Positions 26,269 through 36,662 of a stretch of DNA of 48,800 bases are shown in pieces. The notes under the pieces are model-generated. The model did no database searches. It worked only from the letters and a program-made list of their open reading frames with translations, and was not told where the DNA came from. How positions within the stretch are numbered: position 1 is the stretch's first letter; each line of letters starts with the position of its first letter. Where the stretch lies: NCBI GenBank assembly GCA_049472295.1, contig JBLIRM010000002.1, forward strand, positions 1 to 48,800, in the 5' to 3' direction. The DNA comes from a bacterium. GTDB taxonomy: Bacteria > SZUA-182 > DTGQ01 > JAFGSM01. The position numbers and the translations under genes were made by a program.

Positions 26269-27685
26269 TGCTTGGGTCCTATTGTGTGTCGGCATTCTGA
26301 TCGTTCTCGTCAGTTTCGGAGTTTACTATCTGCAGAGAATGGCTCTGATCGGAACGGCTTATAAGGCAAAGCTGCTTTGTTCCGGCGTTTTCATATCCGG
26401 ACGGACACCGGATTCATTATCGAACCGGGACCTTCTGGTTGACGATCTGTCGGTTCTCAGGCTTATCCATGCGGATGTCGATTATAACGAACGGTCCGTC
26501 ACAGCCTCCTTATTCGGTCTGTGCAAACGAAAGGCCATCTTTCGTGAGGGTCTGGGTAGCACCCTGGTGATCGATTCATCCGAAGACCAGATCCGTCAGC
26601 AAAAAAATCCCTTTCAGGGAGTTGATCAAAAGGCTTTCAAAAAACAAACGCATCCTTCTGACTGGCTTCAATCTGCAGTAGAACTGCCTGCGGAGATCGA
26701 TAGTGTGAAGTTTGGCAAGGTGATTGAGGATGCCTTTTCAGAGCCCGATCCGAAAAGAGTTCGCAGGACAAGGGCCGTGGTTGTCGTTTATAAGGGTCAA
26801 ATCATTGCAGAACGTTATGCGGAGGGTTTTTCATCCGATACCCCTTTATTGGGCTGGTCCATGACAAAGAGCGTCATCAACGCCCTGGTCGGGATCCTTG
26901 TGATGCAGGGGAAACTCTCTCTTGAAGACCAGGATCTTCTGCCGGAATGGCGGAAAACAGAGGCCCCCGGAAGAGAGATCACAATGGATCAACTGCTGCG
27001 CATGAAAAGCGGACTCCGATTCTCCGAGGATTATTCCAATCCCTTCAGGGATGCGATCTTTATGCTTTTGGGCACCGGAGACTCGGCTGCGTATGCAGCA
27101 AGCAAGCCTCCGGAGGCAAAGCCGGGCAGCCGGTGGGTGTATTCCAGCGGGACCACCAATATCATTTCCCGCATCATCCGGGATACTTTTGACGGCAAGG
27201 AGTCTGAATATTTATCCTTCCCCCGCCGTGCATTGTTTGGTCCTATCGGGATGCACAGTGCTGTGATTGAACCCGATGCATCCGGGACCTTTGTGGGTTC
27301 ATCCTTTATGTACGCAACAGCGAGGGATTGGGCGCGTTTCGGTCTGCTTTACCTGCAGGATGGTATCTGGAAGGGAGAGCGAATCCTTCCGGAGGGCTGG
27401 GTGCAATACAGCACCTCACCCACACCGGAATCGCAAGATGGATGTTATGGCGCCCACTTTTGGCTGAAGGTCCCAGACTCCTTCAGGGGCGATTCAAGCC
27501 CCGCACCTTCACTTCCTCAGGACATGTTTATGGCAGCCGGACATGAAGGCCAGTTTATCACCATCATTCCATCCCGGGATCTGGTGGTGGTGCGCCTGGG
27601 ATTGAGCCGGCTCCCGGAAAGTTGGGATCATGAAGGGTTTATTTCTCAAATACTGGGGGCCATTGGAGATGAATCCGCAATTTGA
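26255..27685 (+). CDS. serine hydrolase, beta-lactamase/PBP4-like family, membrane-anchored
   Basis: Start at ATG 26255 (MKTVSAWVLLCVGILIVLVSFGVYYL, a TM anchor). S-x-x-K active site WSMTKSV, with a later YSSG and HEGQ. Confidence 0.8.
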   Translation: MKTVSAWVLLCVGILIVLVSFGVYYLQRMALIGTAYKAKLLCSGVFISGRTPDSLSNRDLLVDDLSVLRLIHADVDYNERSVTASLFGLCKRKAIFREGLGSTLVIDSSEDQIRQQKNPFQGVDQKAFKKQTHPSDWLQSAVELPAEIDSVKFGKVIEDAFSEPDPKRVRRTRAVVVVYKGQIIAERYAEGFSSDTPLLGWSMTKSVINALVGILVMQGKLSLEDQDLLPEWRKTEAPGREITMDQLLRMKSGLRFSEDYSNPFRDAIFMLLGTGDSAAYAASKPPEAKPGSRWVYSSGTTNIISRIIRDTFDGKESEYLSFPRRALFGPIGMHSAVIEPDASGTFVGSSFMYATARDWARFGLLYLQDGIWKGERILPEGWVQYSTSPTPESQDGCYGAHFWLKVPDSFRGDSSPAPSLPQDMFMAAGHEGQFITIIPSRDLVVVRLGLSRLPESWDHEGFISQILGAIGDESAI

Positions 27686-27738
27686 TCAGACCATTTCATC
27701 ATCGGGTAAGATTATAAAAAACAGCAAAGGAGGGAAAA

Positions 27739-28176
27739 ATGCCTGATTTAAAAACACTTATTCTGGAGATCCTGAAAAAGCCCCAATTGGCTGGACTGGC
27801 AAGTATTACAGAGGATGGCAAACCATGGGTTCGGTATGTTATGGCGGTGGGTAGCAGTGATATGAAGATCCGGTTTGCCACGTTTATCCATGCACGGAAA
27901 GTCAGCCAGATCAAAAAAAATCCCGAGGTCCATCTGACCTGCGGGATTTCGGATCCGCATAACCTTTCGCCTTATCTTCAAGTCCAAGGAAGGGCTGAGA
28001 TGACCACGGATAAAGAAGAGCGGCATCACTTCTGGAATGATGAGTTGACAGCGATTTTCCAGGGACCTGATGATCCCAACTATGGGATCATTATTGTAGC
28101 ACCGTATAGGATTGAATACTGTTCACCAGGAAAATTTGAACCCGAGATCTGGCCTGAGGAAAGCAATTCAAAATAA
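27739..28176 (+). CDS. pyridoxamine 5'-phosphate oxidase-family FMN-binding protein (general stress protein 26-like)
   Basis: 145 aa, AGGAGG RBS. LASITEDGKPWVRYV...FATFIHARKVSQIKKNPEV is typical of the PNPOx-like split-barrel family. Confidence 0.7.
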   Translation: MPDLKTLILEILKKPQLAGLASITEDGKPWVRYVMAVGSSDMKIRFATFIHARKVSQIKKNPEVHLTCGISDPHNLSPYLQVQGRAEMTTDKEERHHFWNDELTAIFQGPDDPNYGIIIVAPYRIEYCSPGKFEPEIWPEESNSK

Positions 28177-28442
28177 GAACTTCCGGGGCCGAAGACTGGA
28201 AGATTGCATTAGGACCCCTATTCTATGCTATAATATTTTATATAGATGTTGTCGACGATAATGGCAGATTCGAAAGCCATTTATATAAGCATGTGAGGCT
28301 TATAAAAACAATCCCTAATATCCGGCAGGATGAAATTCATAAAAAGATTTGATCTTCTGCTGTCATTCTGGTCAATCTGGAAGCCCTCCAAGGCGTATCA
28401 GGTAGGACTGCCTGTCTTTCGTCACCATCTAAAGATAACGAT

Positions 28443-28847
28443 ATGCTTGAAAAACATTTACTGCTAACAGATGCCATCATCAATCTTCTGCTTGGTGTGC
28501 TTCTGATATTTTATCCAGTGCCGGTTGTAAAGTTCATAGGGATACCATTGGTTGAAAAGTCATTTTATGTTAGCATTTTAGGCGCGGTCCTGTTCGGTAT
28601 CGGTATCGCACTTCTAATTGAAAAAAATAAAAAAGGTCTGGGATTTAATGGCCTTGGTCTCGGCGGCGCCATCATCATCAATATCTGTGGCGGCATTGTT
28701 TTGGCCTGGTGGATATTATTTGGTTCATTAACTATCCCTTTAAGGGGTTACCTTGTTCTCTGGTTCCTTGTGGTAATCTTGATGGGCATCAGTCTGATTG
28801 AACTGATCGCATGCCTTAAAAAGCGCAAGGCTGCAAACAGGAATTAG
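28443..28847 (+). CDS. hypothetical integral membrane protein (about 4 TM)
   Basis: 134 aa, four hydrophobic segments, basic C-terminus. Confidence 0.55.
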   Translation: MLEKHLLLTDAIINLLLGVLLIFYPVPVVKFIGIPLVEKSFYVSILGAVLFGIGIALLIEKNKKGLGFNGLGLGGAIIINICGGIVLAWWILFGSLTIPLRGYLVLWFLVVILMGISLIELIACLKKRKAANRN

Positions 28848-28940
28848 AGCACATGCGCTTCATAAAGGCATGGAATACAAAAAATTAAAGCAATCATACA
28901 GTAAAAAACCTCATTCATCACTCAAATAGGAGAAGATACT

Positions 28941-30071
28941 ATGGCGGATAAGAAAGCAGATCTGGCCGGACCCGGCATCGGCGATTATTATGAACTCGAA
29001 AAGATCCTTCCCCAGGATTATGCCTCTCTTTTGACACCCAAAGAAACACAAAAGGCCATATTCGAGGCCAAAAACTACATCGAGGAGAATCTGTGCAGGG
29101 AGCTCAATCTGATTATGGTAACGGTCCCATTGATCGTGGATGTGGAAAGCGGCGTAAACGATCTATTGGACAGGGATGGCTCACGCACACCCATCCAGTT
29201 TCATATTTCAAACGACCATGAAAAACACCCCATCGATGCCCAGGTGGTTCAGGCCGCTACCAAATGGAAGCGTATGGCCCTGAAACAGTTGGGGATGGAG
29301 ATCGGTGAAGGCCTCTGTACTGACATGAAGGCCGTGCGCAAGGATTATTTCCTGGATCATGATCACAGCGCTTACGTGGACCAGTGGGACTGGGAACTGG
29401 CCATAACGGAGAAAGAGCGAAACCTGGATTTCCTGACTCAGGTGGTCAAGAAACTCTGGAAGGTCCTCAAGGGTGCAGAGACCCACGTTAAAAAGATCTT
29501 TCCGCAATTGAAGACGAACAAGTATCCGGACATGCCGGAAGAGCTTACATTTCTGCATGCAGAGGAGATCCTCGACATGTATCCCGACCTACCCCGCAAG
29601 GAGCGGGAGACCATGGTCCTGCAAAAGTACCCTGCCATCTTCATTTACGGCATCGGCTGGACGCTCGAGGATGGCTATCCTCATGAGCTTCGGGCCGCGG
29701 ATTACGACGATTGGGTCACAGAGACCATCTCCAAGGACGGCAGGCTCATGCATGGCCTGAACGGGGATATCCTGGTATGGAACCATGTGACAAAACGCCG
29801 GCATGAGCTGACATCCATGGGCATCCGGGTCAATGCAGAGACACTGAAAAAGCAACTGGAGATGACCGGCCAGACGGATTTACTCCGGATGCCGTATCAT
29901 CGGGCTCTGATAAAAAACGAGATACCGCTGAGCATCGGCGGCGGTATCGGTCAGTCACGCACATTCATGCTTCTGCTGAAAAAGGCACATATCGGTGAAG
30001 TGAGTGTGACTGTTTGGCCGAAGATATTAAAAGATATGTGTAGAAAGAAAAACATCCATGTGCTGGATTAA
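28941..30071 (+). CDS. asnA: aspartate-ammonia ligase (asparagine synthetase A)
   Basis: SAYVDQWDWE, HGLNGDILVWN, LTSMGIRVNAETL and SIGGGIGQSRTFMLLL are collinear with E. coli AsnA motifs. Confidence 0.9.
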   Translation: MADKKADLAGPGIGDYYELEKILPQDYASLLTPKETQKAIFEAKNYIEENLCRELNLIMVTVPLIVDVESGVNDLLDRDGSRTPIQFHISNDHEKHPIDAQVVQAATKWKRMALKQLGMEIGEGLCTDMKAVRKDYFLDHDHSAYVDQWDWELAITEKERNLDFLTQVVKKLWKVLKGAETHVKKIFPQLKTNKYPDMPEELTFLHAEEILDMYPDLPRKERETMVLQKYPAIFIYGIGWTLEDGYPHELRAADYDDWVTETISKDGRLMHGLNGDILVWNHVTKRRHELTSMGIRVNAETLKKQLEMTGQTDLLRMPYHRALIKNEIPLSIGGGIGQSRTFMLLLKKAHIGEVSVTVWPKILKDMCRKKNIHVLD

Positions 30072-30083
30072 AACAAGAGGTAT

Positions 30084-31028
30084 ATGTGTATGATGAGATC
30101 ACGATTCAGATGGGAACGATGGAAAAAATTCGTTATTTCCGGTGTTTCCGTGACTATGATCAGCATTGCCTCCGCCTTTGCCATGCTCGTATCCATGTGT
30201 GGCGAGCGGGAGGCCGTGCTGCAGATATGGCAGCATTCCACCCCTTTCCTTATGGCTGCAAAGATATTGCGCCCTGAACGGTATTCATTGAAGTTCATGA
30301 CATTGAATATAGCGCACGGGCGAAGGGACACCCCTACCCAGATTCTACAAACCGAGGAAACGGTCAAAGAGAATCTGGATGAAATCAGCGGGGTGCTCAG
30401 AAGGGAAGGAGCGGACATGGTCGCCCTGCAGGAGGCGGACGGGCCGTCCTTCTGGAGCGGCCAGGTCAACCACGTGGGTTATCTTGCAGAAAATGCAGGT
30501 TATCCATTTTCCGTGCGGGGAGAACACGTGAAGGGGATAAATCTCTCATATGGCACGGCATTACTGTCCATGCTGCCCCTCAAAGAACCCCTTTCCATCA
30601 CATTCGATCCTTCTCCACCTACACTTTCCAAGGGATTTGTGCTTGCGACCATTCCCTGGCCGGGTGATTCCAATGTCGATCTGGACATCGTTTCAGTGCA
30701 TCTGGATTTCTCCCGTAAATCCGTTCGTCAGAAACAGGTCCAGGATATGATCAATAAATTGTCCCCGCGGAATAATCCCATGATCATCATGGGAGACTTC
30801 AACTGTGAATGGACAAACAAGGGATCGGCTCTCCGGACACTGGCAGAAGAGCTAAATCTTAAAGGATATCAACCGCACAATGAGGATATGAATACCTATC
30901 CTTTATTGAAAAAGCGGCTGGATTGGATCTTGATTTCCCCTGAATTGGAATTTGTGGCATATAAGGTCCTGGCCGATACACTATCCGATCATCTGGGAGT
31001 GATTTGTGAGGTCAGAAAAAAGGGGTGA
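30084..31028 (+). CDS. endonuclease/exonuclease/phosphatase (EEP) family protein, N-terminally anchored
   Basis: FMTLNIAHG, ADMVALQEAD, IIMGDFN and LSDHLGV are EEP catalytic motifs. There is an N-terminal hydrophobic segment. Confidence 0.8.
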   Translation: MCMMRSRFRWERWKKFVISGVSVTMISIASAFAMLVSMCGEREAVLQIWQHSTPFLMAAKILRPERYSLKFMTLNIAHGRRDTPTQILQTEETVKENLDEISGVLRREGADMVALQEADGPSFWSGQVNHVGYLAENAGYPFSVRGEHVKGINLSYGTALLSMLPLKEPLSITFDPSPPTLSKGFVLATIPWPGDSNVDLDIVSVHLDFSRKSVRQKQVQDMINKLSPRNNPMIIMGDFNCEWTNKGSALRTLAEELNLKGYQPHNEDMNTYPLLKKRLDWILISPELEFVAYKVLADTLSDHLGVICEVRKKG

Positions 31029-31187
31029 AATCCTCCCAGCGAACGGCCCGGAAATCGAATGAACCTGACAGACCATTTATTTTGAACCTATTGCACCCTT
31101 CCGGGCACCTGATTATATCCATCATGCCGGTCCGCTCGGGAATATTGTGCAAACTGCGGAGGATTCTATGAATCAAAGGAGATTCAT

Positions 31188-31529
31188 ATGATATTCAGAA
31201 CCATACTGCTGGCATTGGCCTGCCTGTTCCTTGGGGCACATTTTTTGAGAATCGGGAATCTTCTGTTCGTACTGTTGTCCCTATCAATGCCGTTTTTATT
31301 GTTGATCAGGAAGCGATGGAGTCTGATCGTCCTCCAGTGCTTCACATACACAGGTGCAGGGATCTGGGCATACACGGCCATTAATCTGATCAAAAAAAGA
31401 ATGGCAAGGGGGGTGCCATACGGCAGACTGCTGGTCATTCTGGGAGCGGTCATATTGCTTACTCTTTCTGCAGGATTATTATTATATACGGCCTCAGTCA
31501 GAGAAAAATACCCTCCCGGGAAACCCTGA
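31188..31529 (+). CDS. hypothetical small membrane protein
   Basis: 113 aa, four hydrophobic segments, AAAGGAG RBS. Preferred over the overlapping minus-strand ORF. Confidence 0.5.
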   Translation: MIFRTILLALACLFLGAHFLRIGNLLFVLLSLSMPFLLLIRKRWSLIVLQCFTYTGAGIWAYTAINLIKKRMARGVPYGRLLVILGAVILLTLSAGLLLYTASVREKYPPGKP

Positions 31530-31731
31530 CCGTTGACGAAAACAGGAAGGGAGAAAACTTGCCGGAAGCCCAATGCACAAATCTTCCGAATAATTAAATA
31601 GAGGGGAATAATTTCGGATACCATAGTCATGATATCCCTAGAATGGATAAGCCGGTTGAAAGGGATATCAGGAGACCCGACACCCCGGAATCGAGGGGAT
31701 GTGAGATAATTTCTTAGTGAGGAGATTAATT

Positions 31732-32112
31732 ATGGCAAGCATCATTCAAATCCATGACGGAGTGGCGATAAAAAGGTTTCCTATTAACAGGCCATCGATT
31801 AGAATCGGCCGCAAACCGGACAATGATATCTTCATTGACGATAAGGTGGTCAGCATGATACACGCCGAGATAGAGATGGTGGAGAATCCGGATAAGTCCG
31901 GGACGAAGGCATATTTCATTAAGGATCTCGGAAGTACGAACAATACCTATGTGAATGGAAAAAAAATCGCGCATCGGAGATTGAATAATAATGATTTGAT
32001 CCGGATCGGTTTGAACGATTTCAAATTCGTTGAGGAAGAAGAACAAGTATCTGAAAAAACTGTAAAAATTCGTAAAAGCTGGATCCCGGGCATATACTAT
32101 ACCAAGGAATAA
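31732..32112 (+). CDS. FHA-domain protein
   Basis: Start at ATG 31732 (GAGGAG RBS). IRIGRKPDNDIFIDDKVVSMIHAEI...IKDLGSTNNTYVNGKKI...DLIRIG is the FHA core pattern. Confidence 0.8.
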   Translation: MASIIQIHDGVAIKRFPINRPSIRIGRKPDNDIFIDDKVVSMIHAEIEMVENPDKSGTKAYFIKDLGSTNNTYVNGKKIAHRRLNNNDLIRIGLNDFKFVEEEEQVSEKTVKIRKSWIPGIYYTKE

Positions 32113-32245
32113 ACAACTCAAAAATCCTCATTCCCCCTTGCAATTTACCTCAAAAACATGTTATGCAATTAATGCGGATGATCCTTTTTCATCTGACATC
32201 ATGTCTCCAAATCCAATGCAATTCTTAAAACTGAGGGGGGCATTT

Positions 32246-32569
32246 ATGCCAAAATATACCATACCTTGTTTGATTGTAGTTTTGATTGCAGCACTCTTTT
32301 TATCCGGATGTGCAATGACAATGACCCCGGCGGTGGGCATGTTATACACCGATGTCAAAGGCCCCCATGTGGCCACAAGCAACCCCGGTTTTGCAAAAGT
32401 AGGGACAGCCAAGGCCGAATCCATATTGGGGTTGATTGCCACTGGGGATGCCAGTATTGAAGCAGCAATGAAAAATGGTGGGATAAAAAAGGTCCACCAT
32501 GTGGATTATCACACCAGAAACATCCTGGGAGTTTATGCCGAATTAACGGTGTTTGTTTACGGAGAATAA
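32246..32569 (+). CDS. TRL-like family lipoprotein
   Basis: Start at ATG 32246. Lipobox FLSGC. MLYTDVKGPHVATSN...ESILGLIATGDASIEAAMKNGGIKKVHHVDYHTRNILGVYAELTVFVYGE matches the TRL-like family consensus as I remember it. Confidence 0.75.
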   Translation: MPKYTIPCLIVVLIAALFLSGCAMTMTPAVGMLYTDVKGPHVATSNPGFAKVGTAKAESILGLIATGDASIEAAMKNGGIKKVHHVDYHTRNILGVYAELTVFVYGE

Positions 32570-32620
32570 AACAGAAGTGCATTTTGAGGAGACATGATAC
32601 TAACCTATCGCCAGAGTTGG

Positions 32621-32654
32621 CTGCGTAAAAAGGGCTTTTGCCCTTTTTACGCAG
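32621..32654 (+). terminator. intrinsic-terminator-like hairpin
   Basis: CTGCGTAAAAAGGGC-TTTT-GCCCTTTTTACGCAG is a perfect 15-bp stem. The inner GGGC/GCCC core is followed by TTTTT and preceded by AAAAA, so it could act bidirectionally. It lies 52 nt after the stop at 32569. Confidence 0.5.
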
Positions 32655-32906
32655 TCAGCTCAACCATGGCATAAAGCTTTCCAATCAATCCATTGATCAT
32701 ATGGTAGTTCACCGGATTGATCAGAGTGTTCACAATCCGTCCATCGGATAATCACCGGGTATGATATCGACTGAAATTATCTCCCATTGAAATGATGATG
32801 TGCCCGTAAAAAGTCATTTAATTAGTCATTGACTGGTCCATCAAAAGACGACTGTCGACTTTATCCAAACAGGACAAACGCCTTTTAGAAATGAAAGGAA
32901 AGGAAT

Positions 32907-33341
32907 ATGGCCATCTTGAAACAGGTCAGACCCACAGAGCTTTTCATGGGTAAGCTCAGACATGGGGCCGATCTCCTGGAAGAGATTACGGACATATGCA
33001 GGAAGAAGGGCATCAGGCTGGGAAGAATCGAGGCATTTGGCGCTGTGAAAAAAGCCAGGCTGGGTTTTTATAATCAGAGATCCCGAGAATATCAGTCGTT
33101 TGATCTGGATCGCCCCCTGGAGATCACCAAGCTGATCGGCAATATCTCTTTAAAAGACAATCATCCAATGGTCCATGCCCACCTGACACTGGCTGATGAA
33201 GATGGATCGGCTTATGGCGGCCATCTTATGCCGGGTACAGTGGTTTTTGCCTGTGAAATCGTACTGCAGGCCTTTGATGGACCTGGATTTGAGAGAAGAT
33301 TGGACAATGAAACCGGCCTGCCGTTATGGGAAATGGAATAA
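32907..33341 (+). CDS. PPC (DUF296) domain protein
   Basis: 144 aa. GADLLEEITDICRKKGIRLGRIEAFGAV...HAHLTLADEDGSAYGGHLMPGTVVFACEIVL fits the PPC/DUF296 fold pattern. Confidence 0.65.
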   Translation: MAILKQVRPTELFMGKLRHGADLLEEITDICRKKGIRLGRIEAFGAVKKARLGFYNQRSREYQSFDLDRPLEITKLIGNISLKDNHPMVHAHLTLADEDGSAYGGHLMPGTVVFACEIVLQAFDGPGFERRLDNETGLPLWEME

Positions 33342-33566
33342 TTATTCTGGGATCTCCAGTCAAATTCAGTCTCCGGATATGATTCAATTCCGATCCCATT
33401 CTGTGATATATTAATACATGTGACAAATACCCCGATAATTCTCTGCTGTCTCGCTGTGCGTCATTTATTAATCTGGAGGGGATTTGACTCACACTCGTAT
33501 TGATTATGTCCATCGGGGCTTAAATATAATAAAGATTTCACAAAATCAGATGCTTCAAGCATTTTC

Positions 33567-36500
33567 ATGATCGAAGAAATCAAAGCAAAAAACGGGTTAA
33601 AACTCCTGGTTGAAAAAAGGCGTATCAATGATCTGACCGAGATATCCCTTCGAATGGAAAACAAAACAGATTGCCTTTTGCACTGGGGGCTCTCCCGTCA
33701 TGTTCAATCCACTTGGGAAACCCCTCCAAAATCACTCTGGCCCGAAGGCACAAAAATGTTCGGGAGATCGGCCCTCCAGACCCCATTCTTGAAGCAAAAT
33801 GGGGAAAATCGCATCCTGATCAGGCTGGATCGATCAGTGGATCATCCGATTCTGGATTTTGTCCTGTTCTTTCCTGAAGATGGTCGATGGGACAATAACC
33901 AAGGAAGGAATTACCGCATTAAACTGCCTAAACCCGCAGGATTGCCCCCCTCTGATCCCCGAATCCATCCCGGATCCTTTGAATATTCGGAGATTGCTGA
34001 AGAAATCATTCAGGCAGAGACCGGAAGGGATTCATGGACGCTCATGCACCGGTTCAATCTGTGTTATCACTTGCTGGACAAGGTTGATAAACATCCGGAA
34101 GGATTGGCGACCCTTTTCGTATGGTTGCGTTTTTCCGCCATCAGGCAACTGACATGGCAGCGCAATTTCAATACCCAGCCAAGAGAATTGAGCTATGCCA
34201 TGGATCGCCTGACACAGAGGTTATCCGAAATCTATATCAGGAGTGAGCCGGAAAGCCGGGAGTTCATCCGTTTGATATTCACAACTATGGGACGGGGCGG
34301 AGAAGGTCAACTAATCAGGGATGAGTTTCTGAACATCATGCACAAACACAAGATTAAAGAGATTGCCGGCAGCTTTATGGAGGAATGGCATCAGAAGATC
34401 CATAACAACGCCACACCCGATGATATCATAATCTGTGACGCATACCTGGCATTCCTGAGAAGTGATGGCAATCTGAACCTCTTTTACAAAACGGTTGCAG
34501 ATGGAGGCGTCCCCAGAAAGAGACTGGGGAGTTTTGAGCGACCTATCCTGGCCGATCCGGAATTCTATCCGGATATCAAAGAGGCATTGATCCTTGATTT
34601 AGAGAATTATTTAAAGATCCTCAAATCCGTCCATTCAGGGACCGATCTCGAAACAGCCATCGATTCTGCGAGGGATCACCTGGATAAAAAAACATTCGGC
34701 CTGCTCAATTTCATCTGGCTGCACCGCAATGCTCGCCCGGAGAAACTGGAAAACCTTATGGCCAAGATCGCCCAGGTGCGCTCCCATTTGAATCAGCTCT
34801 TGCCTCAGGACCGTGACTCCGAAAGGATCAGGGATCTGATTCTTCTGGATCTGGCGCTCGATGCATTCCTGCGCTCTTTGATCGAGCGGCATATTCATAC
34901 TCGTCTGAGCGGGGATCAATTGGTGGATATGATCGCCGTGGTGGTTCAAAACCTCATCATCTCTCATAATGGGCATGAATTTCAGGCCTGTTTTCATCAC
35001 TGGATGCGATTAAAAGAGATGCCCAACTTTGGCAAAGACTGGTCACTCCATGCTAAGTCCGTCGTGGACAGGCTTCTTCGCACCATTGGCAATTTCAACG
35101 ACCGCTATTACCGCATCATCCAGCCCAAGGCCGAACATCTGGGCAACGCATTTCAAGCCGATGAATGGAGCATTACACTCTTTGCCGAGGAAGTGGTGCG
35201 GGGAAGGGCCGTATTCATACTCTCGATGCTTTTGCGTCACATCGAGCCGAAGCTCCGAAAGGCCGCTAACCTGGGCCAATGGCAGGTCATCAGCCCCGGG
35301 CAGGGGACGGGTCGTGTAAAGATGGTGGATCAATTAAGATACATCCAGGGCAAGACATTTTTGACCCCCACCGTCATTATTGCGGATAAGATCACAGGAG
35401 ACGAGGAGATCCCTGAAGGGGTCACAGCCCTTATAACACCGGATGTGACGGATATCGTCTCCCATATCTCGGTCCGTGCCAGGAATAAAGGCATCCTTTT
35501 CGCCACCTGCTATGATACCGGAATACTTGAACAACTCAGATCATCCAAGGGGCGTTTCATTCATCTCAGATCCGCTCCTTCGGGTGAGGTAGTTGTCATG
35601 GAAGTGCAGGAAAACCAAGAGATTATGCAGGCTTCTGGGTCCAAGGCAGAAAGTGCGAATCCCATCCGGCCGGACTTTACCCTCAATCCCATCCCTTCAA
35701 AGGACTTCAATGACAGACGGGTCGGGGGAAAATCCCTGAACCTGAAAAATCTGGAAGGAAAAATGCCTGAATGGATTCATATGCCCGCTTCTGTAGGAGT
35801 GCCCTTCGGGATCTTGGAAAGGTTGCTGGAAGAACCCGAGAATCAGGCTGCTTCGAAACGGAATCAATCCCTTATACCCAGGATTCACGAAAACCCCGGA
35901 GAGATCCTCGATGAGATTCGAAGGAATCTGCTGGGCCTGAATCCACAGCAGGGATTCATATCATCCCTCCGGCATGTCATGGAAGACAAAGGGATGAAAT
36001 GGCCTGAAGAGTGGCAGAATGCCTGGATGTGCATTAAACGCGTATGGGCATCCAAGTGGAATGAAAGGGCCTATCTGAGCCGAAAGGCCTGGGGCATTCC
36101 GGACAAAGACATCTTTCTGGCCGTGCTCATCCAGGAGGTGATCGAGGCGGAATATGCCTTCGTGATCCATACGGTCAATCCCTTCACAAAGGATCGAAAC
36201 GAAATTTATGCCGAGGTTGTGCTCGGCCTTGGAGAAACCCTGGTGGGAAACTATCCTGGGAGGGCCCTTGCCTTTTCCTGTAATAAAGAGAAACCCGGAC
36301 CCCGGATTCTGGCATATCCCAGTAAAAGCACTGCTCTTTACGGAGGCGGGCTGATTTTCAGGTCTGATTCAAACGGAGAAGACTTGAGCGGATATGCCGG
36401 CGCCGGTCTCTATGACAGTGTAATGCTCCCTCCCCCTCGGAAGGTCCCCCTGGATTACACAAAGGATCCTCTGTTATGGGATGAAAATTTCAGGACGGAC

Positions 36501-36662
36501 CTTCTCATGCACATCTGCGAAATCGGCCTGGCAGTCGAGAGGGCCTTTGGCAATACACCCCAGGACATCGAGGGCGCCTGCGCCAAAGGAGAATATTATG
36601 TGGTTCAAAGTCGGCCTCAGGTGGGTTTAAAGGGGGCGGGGTTTGGAAATGAGTCAGAATAA
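33567..36662 (+). CDS. alpha-glucan,water dikinase (GWD)-like protein
   Basis: 1031 aa. The N-terminal CBM45-like block is LLHWGLS...W..PP...WPEGT...ALQTPF...FVLFFPEDGRWDNNQGRNYRI. FMEEWHQKIHNNATPDDIIICDAYL is almost identical in pattern to plant GWD. The phosphohistidine motif is TPDVTDIVSHISVRARNKGILFATC (His codon at 35463-35465). The ATP-binding PPDK_N-like domain is C-terminal (GGKSLNLKNL...VPFG...WASKWNERAY...GLGETLVG...EGA). This domain order is GWD-type, not PEP-synthase-type. Confidence 0.85.
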   Translation: MIEEIKAKNGLKLLVEKRRINDLTEISLRMENKTDCLLHWGLSRHVQSTWETPPKSLWPEGTKMFGRSALQTPFLKQNGENRILIRLDRSVDHPILDFVLFFPEDGRWDNNQGRNYRIKLPKPAGLPPSDPRIHPGSFEYSEIAEEIIQAETGRDSWTLMHRFNLCYHLLDKVDKHPEGLATLFVWLRFSAIRQLTWQRNFNTQPRELSYAMDRLTQRLSEIYIRSEPESREFIRLIFTTMGRGGEGQLIRDEFLNIMHKHKIKEIAGSFMEEWHQKIHNNATPDDIIICDAYLAFLRSDGNLNLFYKTVADGGVPRKRLGSFERPILADPEFYPDIKEALILDLENYLKILKSVHSGTDLETAIDSARDHLDKKTFGLLNFIWLHRNARPEKLENLMAKIAQVRSHLNQLLPQDRDSERIRDLILLDLALDAFLRSLIERHIHTRLSGDQLVDMIAVVVQNLIISHNGHEFQACFHHWMRLKEMPNFGKDWSLHAKSVVDRLLRTIGNFNDRYYRIIQPKAEHLGNAFQADEWSITLFAEEVVRGRAVFILSMLLRHIEPKLRKAANLGQWQVISPGQGTGRVKMVDQLRYIQGKTFLTPTVIIADKITGDEEIPEGVTALITPDVTDIVSHISVRARNKGILFATCYDTGILEQLRSSKGRFIHLRSAPSGEVVVMEVQENQEIMQASGSKAESANPIRPDFTLNPIPSKDFNDRRVGGKSLNLKNLEGKMPEWIHMPASVGVPFGILERLLEEPENQAASKRNQSLIPRIHENPGEILDEIRRNLLGLNPQQGFISSLRHVMEDKGMKWPEEWQNAWMCIKRVWASKWNERAYLSRKAWGIPDKDIFLAVLIQEVIEAEYAFVIHTVNPFTKDRNEIYAEVVLGLGETLVGNYPGRALAFSCNKEKPGPRILAYPSKSTALYGGGLIFRSDSNGEDLSGYAGAGLYDSVMLPPPRKVPLDYTKDPLLWDENFRTDLLMHICEIGLAVERAFGNTPQDIEGACAKGEYYVVQSRPQVGLKGAGFGNESE

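Noticed and set aside
31184-31630. 148-aa minus-strand ORF overlapping 31188-31529
   Set aside because: The + strand ORF has a good RBS (AAAGGAG) and a clean four-TM profile. The minus ORF has neither. Only one can be real, and the + strand call is only moderately confident.
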